DNA of 63,070 nt, counting the filler, from Octopus bimaculoides (lineage: Eukaryota): the NCBI RefSeq assembly GCF_001194135.2. It is 4 parts of 4 records of this genome, joined end to end, with 100 filler letters (N's around TTAATTAATTAA, not from the genome) between each part and the next. Parts side by side here need not be neighbours in the genome. Positions count along the whole stretch, not along the records: positions 45,784 to 63,070 come from NC_068985.1; 3 more parts are not named here. One strand, 5' to 3'. Under the pieces are notes generated by a model. That model was not told the DNA's origin, ran no database searches, and worked only from the letters and a program-made list of their open reading frames with translations. This document shows positions 53,640 through 63,070 of the stretch, one piece after another. Each line of letters begins with the position of its first letter. The stretch's first letter is position 1. Both the position numbers and the translations under genes were made by a program.

Positions 53640-53687
53640 GTCTCCGATGAAGGGATATAATAAATATCCTGGAAACAGCTGTAAGAC
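53640..53687 (+). ncRNA. Minimal type-I hammerhead ribozyme-like motif, core variant CCGAUGA
   Basis: gtct-CCGATGA-agggatat(aataa)atatcctg-GAAAC-agct-GTA-agac: 4-bp stem I, 7-bp stem II, palindromic stem III ACAGCTGT, GUA triplet. Confidence 0.68.
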
Positions 53688-54221
53688 CTTCTATTTATAA
53701 ATGTTCTAAAATATACACAGCCTTGGTTTTTTTTATCTCATTACGAAAAGTAAATCCTTATAGTCACACGCTGATATATGACCTACGTTGGTCCCCTTAT
53801 TCGCATAATCACCGAACCTGGAGCTTAACTATGGTGTATCCATAGCACTTATTCAGCATTACCTGAAGACNNNNNNNNNNNNNNNNNNNNNNNNNNNNNN
53901 NNNNNNNNNNNNNNNNNNNNNNNNNNNNNNNNNNNNNNNNNNNNNNNNNNNNNNNNNNNNNNNNNNNNNNNNNNNNNNNNNNNNNNNNNNNNNNNNNNNN
54001 NNNNNNNNNNNNNNNNNNNNNNNNNNNNNNNNNNNNNNNNNNNNNNNNNNNNNNNNNNNNNNNNNNNNNNNNNNNNNNNNNNNNNNNNNNNNNNNNNNNN
54101 NNNNNNNNNNNNNNNNNNNNNNNNNNNNNNNNNNNNNNNNNNNNNNNNNNNNNNNNNNNNNNNNNNNNNNNNNNNNNNNNNNNNNNNNNNNNNNNNATAT
54201 ATATATATATATATATATATA

Positions 54222-54630
54222 TATACTCTTTTACTCTTTTACTTGTTTCAGTCATTTGACTGCGGCCATGCTGGAGCACCGCCTTTAGTCGAGCAGATCG
54301 ACCCCAGGACTTATTCTTTGGAAGCCTAGTACTTATTCTCTCGATTTCTTTTGCCGAACCGCTAAGTTATGGGGACGTAAAAACACCACCATCGGTTGTC
54401 AAGCAATGGTGGAGGGACACACACAGACATGCAAACACACATACATACATATATATACATATATACGACGGGCTTCTTTCAGTTTCCGTCTATCAAATCC
54501 ACTCACAAGGCTTTGGTCGGCCCGAGGCTATAGTAGAAGACACTTGTCCAAGGTGCCACGCAGTGGGACTGAACCTGGAACCATGTGGTTGGTAAGCAAG
54601 CTACTTACCACACAGCCACTCCTGCGCCTA
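54222..54630 (-). mobile_element. SINE family Y, near-full copy
   Basis: Minus head tggctgtgtggtaagtagcttgcttaccaaccacatggttccaggttcagtccc; tail ctccagcatggccgcagtcaaatgactgaaacaagtaaaagag. Other copies at about 6110-6540, 11605-11810, 23125-23435, 24265-24420, 30090-30552 (-), 34130-34510 (-) and 48110-48350. Confidence 0.8.
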
Positions 54631-54706
54631 TATACCTCTGTATATATGTATGCATATATACTTCACTAAAGGTGCGAATAACATGTACATTGTTAGAAAC
54701 AGTCAC

Positions 54707-54919
54707 TAAAGTGCTCCAATGCTGTTACAAAGCACATAGCATAGTCTGATAGGGAGGTAACCGGGAATAAACAGAACGAACAGGTTTTACTGAAGATGGC
54801 TACCTATATAGCCGAAACTGGTCGGTCAGCCAAAGGGATTCTCGTTTCAGGGTTCGGAGCGATTACAGCCCCTTTCAGAATATATATTATGTGCTTTGTA
54901 ATAGCATTGGAGTACTTTA
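54707..54919. mobile_element. TA-flanked 209-bp inverted-repeat element (MITE-like) containing a hammerhead-like core
   Basis: taaagtgctccaatgctgttacaaagcacata (54707-54738) vs tatgtgctttgtaatagcattggagtacttta (54888-54919): 30/32 reverse-complement identity. Confidence 0.7.
54790..54823 (+). ncRNA. Hammerhead-like core with degenerate stem I
   Basis: CTGAAGA-t-ggcta(cctata)tagcc-GAAAC-tg-GTC. Core and stem II are intact, but no local stem I pairing is visible. Confidence 0.45.
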
Positions 54920-55147
54920 GGCTCCTATTTTTACCAATGTAGATGTTATTCACACGCTTTAGTCAACTTTAGTTGCCGACTATAATTTTCGTTTACGGTA
55001 TGACATTGCAAACAGCAGATTTTATGAATTTTTTGTATGCATACATACATATACACATACAGCCATACGTGCATGCGTACGTACAGATATATATACATAC
55101 ATTACTTACACACACACACACATACATACATACATACATACATACAT

Positions 55148-55989
55148 GATGATGGCCGTCTACTTGTGACCGAGGAAGACCATTGCCGACCTTCAGGAAC
55201 ATTTTGCGCTCTAGAACTAACTTATATTTTGCATTTGCGGCTCCGTTGGTGGCTAATGAGCCCTGCTCTTGACAAGCATACACGACTGCAAACATTGCAG
55301 ACCAAGCTTTCCACATTCACTACACGAGTCGTGCGCTTTCGCGCAGCACGCTTAAGTTCTTCATGCTGGATACGTGCTCTCTCAAAAGTGTCGATCCCCT
55401 CCTTAACCTGCCTCCTCCATCTGTGGCGATGACGGGCATTGTTCTCCCAGTCAGTGTCCTGCATATCACAGGCCTTTAATGAGGACTTGACACAGACCTT
55501 AAATCGCAGCCTTGGTTTCTGCCGGAGTCTCCTNNNNNNNNNNNNNNNNNNNNNNNNNNNNNNNNNNNNNNNNNNNNNNNNNNNNNNNNNNNNNNNNNNN
55601 NNNNNNNNNTCTCCATATAGCATCTGCTTAGGAATCCTGCTATCCTTCATTCTAATAAGGTATCCAGTCCAACGTAACCGTTGCTTGTGCACCATTGCCT
55701 GCAGAGAGCAACTAATTCCTTCCGGTCTCTTCAGTCTCGAGTCTGGTCCCAGCATGGCATAGCAAGGCAAACAAAAGTTGCTGTGTACCGTACATGTGTA
55801 CTGACATCGCTCCTCTACTCATGTGAAACATGGACTCTGTACAAACGTCAGGTAAGGGTCCTTGAACGCTTTCATCAGAGATGTCTCAGACACATTCTCA
55901 ATGTTGGCTGGACCTCAAAAATTCCAGACACACAGGTCCTGAGGACAACTGATATCTTGAATATTGAGGCAATGGTGCTTAAGCAACGG

Positions 55990-55993
<4 letters not shown>
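55148..55993 (-). mobile_element. RTE-clade LINE 3' fragment with an inverted 5' segment (55699-55993 reads on +)
   Basis: Minus: AMVHKQRLRWTGYLIRMKDSRIPKQMLYG...PRLRFK...CNVCSRVCLSRAGLISHQRS*. Plus: LQRATNSFRSLQSRVWSQHG...TKVAVYRTCVLTSLLYSCETWTLY...LERFHQRCLRHIL...IEAMVLKQRL. (CATA)n on both sides. Confidence 0.88.
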
Positions 55994-56020
<27 letters not shown>

Positions 56021-56450
56021 AAACCAAGAATACCCTGTTGGTGATGCTGAAATTCCAACGAAGGAGCCTTGAATCTAGGTTAGAAACCGACTCTTTTTCT
56101 ATTGGCAAGAAATCTTAAAATAAAACTGAACAATGACATATATAACAGAAACTTTGCTGAGAATATGGTGTGTTTCCAATAGTATTTCCAAACTTTCAAT
56201 TTACGGAAATAGAAAACAAGTATGTCAACCAACGAATTTCTCAACAACACTAACCACTCTGTATAAATCAGCAATAAAATTACTCATGAAACGGCGATAA
56301 TAAAGAGACCTATAAAATACATATGATTTAATAAGCAAAAAACCAGTCTGACGGGTAAAAGAACATTTCAGTGGTGTTAAAGATGGTCAAAATCTCACCG
56401 AAACTAATTAATTCGGAACAGTACATTTTGTTATCACTTCCTTCTTTTAG

Positions 56451-56513
<63 letters not shown>

Positions 56514-56589
56514 TGTGTGTGTGTGTATACTTCTGGATATATGTAAGACAAATTTACATAACAGACACATACACACATGTATGTATGTA

Positions 56590-58270
56590 GGTATGCGAGC
56601 ACCAAGACTACACTCAAGGGTCACATATTTAAGTATAATAACAAGATAAACTCCCAAGAGGAGGGTGCAGCCATCGGTGTCAGTATCGCTGGCGATTTGG
56701 TTAACCTATTTATGGTATGGTGGGATAGAAGACTCAAAGAGAAATTAGCAGAAAACACCATAGACCTAATCATGTACTCCCGCTATCTGGATGGTATGAA
56801 CATAGTAGCCAAAATACCCATACAAGACAATCCTGATGATCTAGAAGCTAACACTATGGAGAACATCTACCAGTGTCTATACACTGGTGGATAGACTACC
56901 CTAACAAGCACCTGAACTTTAATACACTGGTGGATAGACTACTCTTACAAGCACCCCAACTATAAGTTACCTGTTTTAGACACGGAACTCTGGCTAGAAA
57001 CTAAGAATAGTAAGGTCCAGATCCTTCACTCCTATTATGTCAGACTCATGGCCTGTTAGTACTTTGTTCACAAGAACGCAACTATCGCCGACAACGCCAT
57101 GTTCAACATTCTTATAGTTGACTTGATGAGAGTGATGAGGAATGTGTCTTGCATGTGCGACACTATGAATTGGAAAGGCGCATACAACACTTCATCCACC
57201 GCCTGCAGTTCTCTGGCTACAACCAAAGAGACAGGATTAGAGTGTACAAAGGAGCCAGGACTAACTACAACGCCATCATAGAGAGTGAATGTAAGGATAT
57301 CTGCCTGCCAAACAGGAGTAAATCCTGGAACAGCTCAGAAAAGATCAGAAATAAGATAAATAAAGCCAACTCATAGTATGATAATGAAAAGATACCAGTG
57401 TGTCATATTCGTTGATGCTACCCCTGGCGGCGAACTAGCATACCTTTTCAGAAAATCATTAAGTAAGGCCAATCTACGGATTAAAGTAGTAGAAATGCTT
57501 GATGACCCTATAAAATCCCTGATCTGTAGAACTTATGTCTTTGATAAGTCCCCATGCACAGAGAGCAATTGCATTGTATGTAGAATGAACCCACGGGTTA
57601 ACTGTAAGTTTAGGAATGTAGTATGTAGCTTACGATGTACTGAGGAACGGTGCAGCAACATGGCAACTACTTATATTGAAGAGACTGCACGCATCATAGG
57701 AGAGCGTATAGGTGGACACTGGTGAGGGTTCAAAGAAGAAAAAGGCTCGTCAGTGCTCTACCAACATGCTGAAGTAGAACATAGAAGCCCGATCAATAGC
57801 ATAATGTTTAAAGTATTATCGACGCATAGAACTGACACGAAACTTAAACAGATCATAGAGGCGACACACATAGCAATAGACAGACCGAGCCTCAATAGAA
57901 AACATGAATGGAACAATAAAACCCACCACCACACCACACAACACAGATACAAACAGGGTAACACACACACAATGGATATATATGCACATACCTGTGATAA
58001 ATATAAGAAATAGATAAATTAATAAATGAATATATTATCACATACCTGTGATAAATATAAGAAACAGGGATATATAAAAAAAATATATAAATAACTAAAT
58101 AAAGCCTCTATATAAAGGGCACTGAAACAAAGAATGTAGGAAGCGAACCCATATACACACACAAACACACATACAATAACTTCGCAGACGGCCGCAACAA
58201 TATCAAGAACACGAATTACAACGACAACAGTATCAGCAATGACAACCATTGCGACGACGACGACGACGAT

Positions 58271-58306
<36 letters not shown>

Positions 58307-58740
58307 AACGATGGCAACAGCGTGGATGAACACATAAACACTGAGAAATACAGGAACTATACCAAATTTCGGGTCCTAGGACAGCAGCAGCGACAATGGG
58401 GGCAGGGAAAGGGCTAAAAAGAAGGTCGTAGAGCTATTAAGATCAATGACATACACATATGTACATACACATACACACATATACACACATGTAAGCATAC
58501 ACACATGTAAGCATACACACACACAAACACTGACGCAAACGCATGCGCATATGATGATACATATAGAAGAACAGAATCAAATAAAGGGAGTAAGAACCCA
58601 CATGAAGGCGGAAAGTGTCGCTGAAGAGGTTACAGATGTGTGACGAAAGATTTCCAGACAATGAACATGAGTTACAATAAGAACAGTAATGAACGAGTGA
58701 AGAACGAATATATAGTGCGTATGTTTATTTGGCCAAAAAA
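56590..58740 (+). mobile_element. 5'-truncated, decayed Penelope-like retroelement (probably Neptune clade): RT + Cys-rich linker + GIY-YIG + 3' pseudo-LTR
   Basis: RT motifs QEEGAAIGVSIAGDLVNLFMVWWD, YSRYLDG and LPVLDTELW; VIFVDATPGGELA; linker CTESNCIVC; GIY-YIG VVCSLRC...TYIEETARIIGERIGGH...IEATHIAIDRPSLN. Contains frameshifts and stops, plus a ~43-bp tandem duplication at about 56876-56960. Confidence 0.88.
58616..58660 (+). ncRNA. Minimal type-I hammerhead ribozyme-like motif in the 3' repeat of the Penelope-like element
   Basis: tgtcg-CTGAAGA-g-gttaca(gatg)tgtgac-GAAA-g(at)t-TC-cagaca. Stem I is 5 bp with one bulged A. Located about 600 nt downstream of the PLE GIY-YIG coding end. Confidence 0.68.
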
Positions 58741-58768
58741 AATGACCATCCCGAAGTAGAACAATATA

Positions 58769-59687
58769 TATTGGATCATCCCACAAATAATGCAGTTTTC
58801 TCAAATGCATGAACTAAAAGTCGGAAGGGGACAGGATAAACTACATGCATTAACTTGATATAAAAGCAGGTAGTGATTTTACCTTATCCTTATTCTCAGT
58901 GCCAGCTTTGAAGAGTGCAGTTCGATTTTAACAGATATTTTTTCAAAGCTACTATGGAAGTGACCAAAGGAGCATATTCGGAATATTTTGCTTTATGAGT
59001 TCAATAAAAGCAACAACACAACGGAAAGTGCAAGGAATATTAATGCTGTATATGGGGATCGGACAATAAGCGTAAGCCAGTGTCAATGGTGGTTCCAGAA
59101 ATTCCGTGTCGGAAACTACAGTCTAGTAGACGAGCCTCGTCCTGGAAGATCTGCATAGCTCGATTAGGCCGTCCGACAAACCCTGTGGGAATAAAATCCC
59201 ATCGTAACTGTTGAGGAACTAGCAGAGAAGCTTTCATTTGGTCATTCAACTAGTCATTCATGTCAGCTCCAGAAGAAAAACGACCATCCTTGGTTCTAAG
59301 ACGAAAGGTGTTCTTCCATCAGGATAATGTTCGGCCATATACAGAGGATGACATTCCAAAGGAGGGAGCAGTTTGAATGGGAAACGATTCCCTACCCACC
59401 ATATTCGCCGCATATTAGCCCAACTGATTAGCATTTATTCTACGGTCTTCAAAGTCATTCGGACGGAAAAAAATATAAATTCTGTAGACGAGGGCAGAAC
59501 AGTACTGGAGAAGTATTTATCATCACAGACAAGTGAATTTGGGAAGAGGGACCTTGGAAGTATACCAGGTAGATGGAAGAGCATTGTAGAAAATGAAACA
59601 GAATATATTTTAGATTAAACAAGAATTTCGTTTATCTTATTTTTGAAAAAAATAAAGACGTATAAAAAAACGCATTATGTATGATAT
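58769..59687 (+). mobile_element. Internally deleted mariner element with both TIRs
   Basis: Left TA-ttggatcatcccacaaataatgcagtttt, right aaaaaaacgcattatgtatgat. ATG at 58954 then MEVTK/EHIRNILLYEFNK...QWWFQKFRVGNYSLVDEPRPGR, jumping to FFHQDNVRP...YPPYSPHISPTD...GRWKSIVENETEYILD*. Confidence 0.85.
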
Positions 59688-61297
59688 NNNNNNNNNNNNN
59701 NNNNNNNNNNNNNNNNNNNNNNNNNNNNNNNNNNATATATATATATATATATATATACTACATATGTGGAAAATCGGTGTATGTTTGTTTGTTGCGTTGT
59801 TAGCTAACTCCTCCTACATCGTTTTATTAATTTTGATGAAACTTGACACGTGAGTAGAAGTCGTGACATACTTAGATTGTTGAAAAAATCGATAATGGGG
59901 CCCCTCTAATGGATCCTTCTATCTACTACATATTAATAATATCTTATTTAAACAACCCAAGGGAAATAACCCATACCACCTGCAGTTTTTAGCAAAGCTA
60001 TCAATATTTGATTCTCACGATACGCCGACCTAATTCTGCATTTCACTACTCATAATTTTGAACTGCTAAACATTACTATTGCACTTCGTTAATTTGAATC
60101 TTAAACCTTAAATACTTCATTCATACATTTCTATACATACATACTTTTTGAATACACATTGCTCCAATAATTCTGCATTTTTACAGTTACCCTTTTTCCA
60201 TGACAGTAGATAATTTTTTTTATTCCGCAATGTATTTGTGGTGGCTTCATGCAGGCATAGCGTGGATTCGATCCTTGATTGCCAAATTTCACTTAATTCT
60301 CACGGTAAAACAATAGTTTTTCTGTAAATGACAGCAGTTGTACATTTTACAGATGCCTTCGCTAAGCAGAATAATGTCTTTGCCACTTGACCCTTCTAAC
60401 GTCTTCTAGGCCACCACTGGCTGGAATGGAGATAACAGACCTCCAACGAAATCATTTGTTCTCAACAATATGTCTATCCTTCAGGCTGCTTTTCGATAGT
60501 TATAAAAACAAGAACTCCGTAAGCTAAAGGCAGTTACTGAGAGCGACCATCAGTGAGTGTGAACACTTCATTCATATATTTATATAACGTGTCTCACAAA
60601 CCTCCAGCAATCTTTCTCACCAACCTCCAAAACCTCTCACGCGAACCTCCAACAATTTCTCCCTCCTCCAGCTGACAGTTTTTTGCACTTTTTCGTGATG
60701 GAANNNNNNNNNNNNNNNNNNNNNNNNNNNNNNNNNNNNNNNNNNNNNNNNNNNNNNNNNNNNNNNNNNNNNNNNNNNNNNNNNNNNNNNNNNNNNNNNN
60801 NNNNNNNNNNNNNNNNNNNNNNNNNNNNNNNNNNNNNNNNNNNNNNNNNNNNNNNNNNNNNNNNNNNNNNNNNNNNNNNNNNNNNNNNNNNNNNNNNNNN
60901 NNNNNNNNNNNNNNNNNNNNNNNNNNNNNNNNNNNNNNNNNNNNNNNNNNNNNNNNNNNNNNNNNNNNNNNNNNNNNNNNNNNNNNNNNNNNNNNNNNNN
61001 NNNNNNNNNNNNNNNNNNNNNNNNNNNNNNNNNNNNNNNNNNNNNNNNNNNNNNNNNNNNNNNNNNNNNNNNNNNNNNNNNNNNNNNNNNNNNNNNNNNN
61101 NNNNNNNNNNNNNNNNNNNNNNNNNNNNNNNNNNNNNNNNNNNNNNNNNNNNNNNNNNNNNNNNNNNNNNNNNNNNNNNNNNNNNNNNNNNNNNNNNNNN
61201 NNNNNNNNNNNNNNNNNNNNNNNNNNNNNNNNNNNNNNNNNNNNNNNNNNNNNNNNNNNNNNNNNNNNNNNNNNNNNNNNNNNNNNNNNNNNNNNNN

Positions 61298-62660
61298 ATC
61301 TGCAAAATTTACCACTGGTGATAATTCATTGTATCGAACTCGACATGGTGTATTGTCCACTCTGCTTCCGAATATCTCTGTCAGTCTAACCGCCCTTTCG
61401 TCATCCAGCAACACTGCTTTCAGGTTTTTATTCTCCCTGACAATCTCACTCTCATTGTGCCTTTCATTTTTGCAATTCGTTCCTCCATATCAACACTTTT
61501 CTCGTACATCACTATCAGTCTTTCATGTTTTCCTTTGGGTAACATTCTCTCTTCCTTTTCTGTCGTTAGTGCTGGCATTTCTATTTCGCTCTGTTGCTTG
61601 TCTTCCAGTTCCTTCCGTTCCTCCTCTTCCTTACTTGTTGAAGGCTCCGGTTCCTGTGTTCGATCTCCCGTTGCTTCATTTTTTTCTTTTTTCCTTTTTC
61701 TCTGCTTTTCTTTTCTTTTTCGCAGGGGATCCACTATTTTCTCTCCTCTCTACCTCAGTGAACTCTGTTTCTTTCTCTGTTATTACATTGACTTNNNNNN
61801 NNNNAGGGGATCCACTATTTTCTCTCCTCTCTACCTCAGTGAACTCTGTTTCTTTCTCTGTTATTACATTGACTTCTTTCTGGCACTCCACCTCCTGTTC
61901 GTGTTTCTGGGCACACTTTGCCTTTATGTGCCCCCTTACTCCACATTCGAAAAATATTGCCGATCTACTCTCCACCATGATTCTCAATCTGGTTTCGTCG
62001 GGTAGGATTATCTCTTCCACAATTTTGTGGATGTCAGATACGTTGATATGTACCATCACTTCCAGGCCATACCCACACCAGTTGACCTCCAATGTCTTTG
62101 ACATTTTCAGTATCTCTGCTTCCTCCTCTGTATTGTAGAGGATGGTTGCCACAAGCCAGTCCTCGTTAATTTCAGGTGGCGCTCTTCCTATCCTTACTCT
62201 GGCTGTGCGTCTGCCACAGTAAGTAGGTAAGAGTGCCCACTGTGCCGATTTCAAGGTTACGGTGGAGTACTTCTTTGCTTCGTTCTTATTAATGAAGCGC
62301 ACCTCCACCGTGCCAAACTTTTTTCCTCTGTTATAGAACGTCGTTACTTCCTTTACGTTCTTCAAACATTCTTCTATTTCTTCGACGCCTGCTATTTCTA
62401 CTTTTCTTTTCGCTATATTCCGCGGTCGATAAATAATTATTTTTTCGTTCCGACTTCTCTGCTACTTCTTTGGTGGGTGTCAGTCTAAAACATCCTCCTT
62501 CCTTCTTCAACAGGTTATCAAATTTCTTGTAGTGTGTGTCTTTTACTTCTAGTTTTCGCACCTGCAGTAGCTCGGCTGTCAGGCTTCTGTCTGTTACCGC
62601 AGCATAACTAGCTGTCTGGACCTCTGAACTCATATTTCCGCTCTTCACCGCTTCACCCAT
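61298..62660 (-). mobile_element. gag/ORF1-like element of the same superfamily, frameshifted
   Basis: ATG at 62660, MGEAVKSG...SYAAV; RRM-like GTVEVRF..K.EAKKY; LLPTYCGRRTARVRIGRAPPEINEDWL (homologous to the 45784-47895 copies); degenerate knuckle FFECGVRGHIKAKC; basic/acidic tail. Confidence 0.72.
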
Positions 62661-63070
62661 AAATGGGGAAGTCAAATAAAATCTTCAACAATTTCACAAA
62701 TGCAATACAATATTCCTCAATTCAACAATTCAACAGTAGATTAACTGAAAAATTCCGCAATCCAACAATTCAGAAAATCAAACAAACAGTCGCAACTCAC
62801 ATCTGTGGGAATCACCAGCTAGTGATGAAAACTCACCCCACTCGCAAAATACTGTATGCTTTTTCCAGCGACGCACCGTCGCTTATCTCGAAAAAGGAGA
62901 AATAAGCTATATTAAATCCTGAGCGAGATGTAAACAGTAGCAATACGGACTCGTAACATAATTGCCAACCAAGCGTGGCGTCCTATACGGGACAATGCTA
63001 CCGACGATTATAGCCTCAGGAAGACATCTCTTCCGCCTGGCTAACGACACACATTCTGTGTCTGATTAGT

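Noticed and set aside
59755-59900. Possible Helitron-like 5' end after a TA run
   Set aside because: Only a general resemblance, and the terminus is cut by an N gap. Not supportable.

Overview
Repeat-dense animal genomic DNA with many N gaps. The SINE, microsatellite and transposon content suggests a coleoid cephalopod (octopus-like); this is an inference. The only host gene I can support is PAS kinase (PASK): three kinase-domain exons on + (21651-21785, partial 23842-23902, 24484-24617) with canonical splice sites and consistent phase. The rest is intronic or intergenic, filled with decayed mobile elements: mariner and Tc1 fragments, piggyBac-type MITEs, foldback MITEs, a MULE remnant, Helitron pieces, RTE, CR1 and R4/Dong-type LINEs, a Neptune-type Penelope-like element (PLE), gag/ORF1-like CCHC elements with no visible ORF2, and at least four SINE families. 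The most interesting signal is four minimal type-I hammerhead-ribozyme-like motifs, all on + (about 32590, 53644, 54790, 58621). One lies in the 3' repeat of the PLE, one in a homologous solo remnant, and one inside a TA-flanked 209-bp inverted-repeat element. Other highlights are a twin-primed (5'-inverted) RTE insertion, a Dong-like LINE inserted into the Ile codons of another LINE, inverted SINEs bracketing two PASK kinase exons, a dense TTCCAGGAA array, and a triple-CCHC ORF1 array. All calls were made by eye; no database searches were run, and repeat boundaries are approximate.
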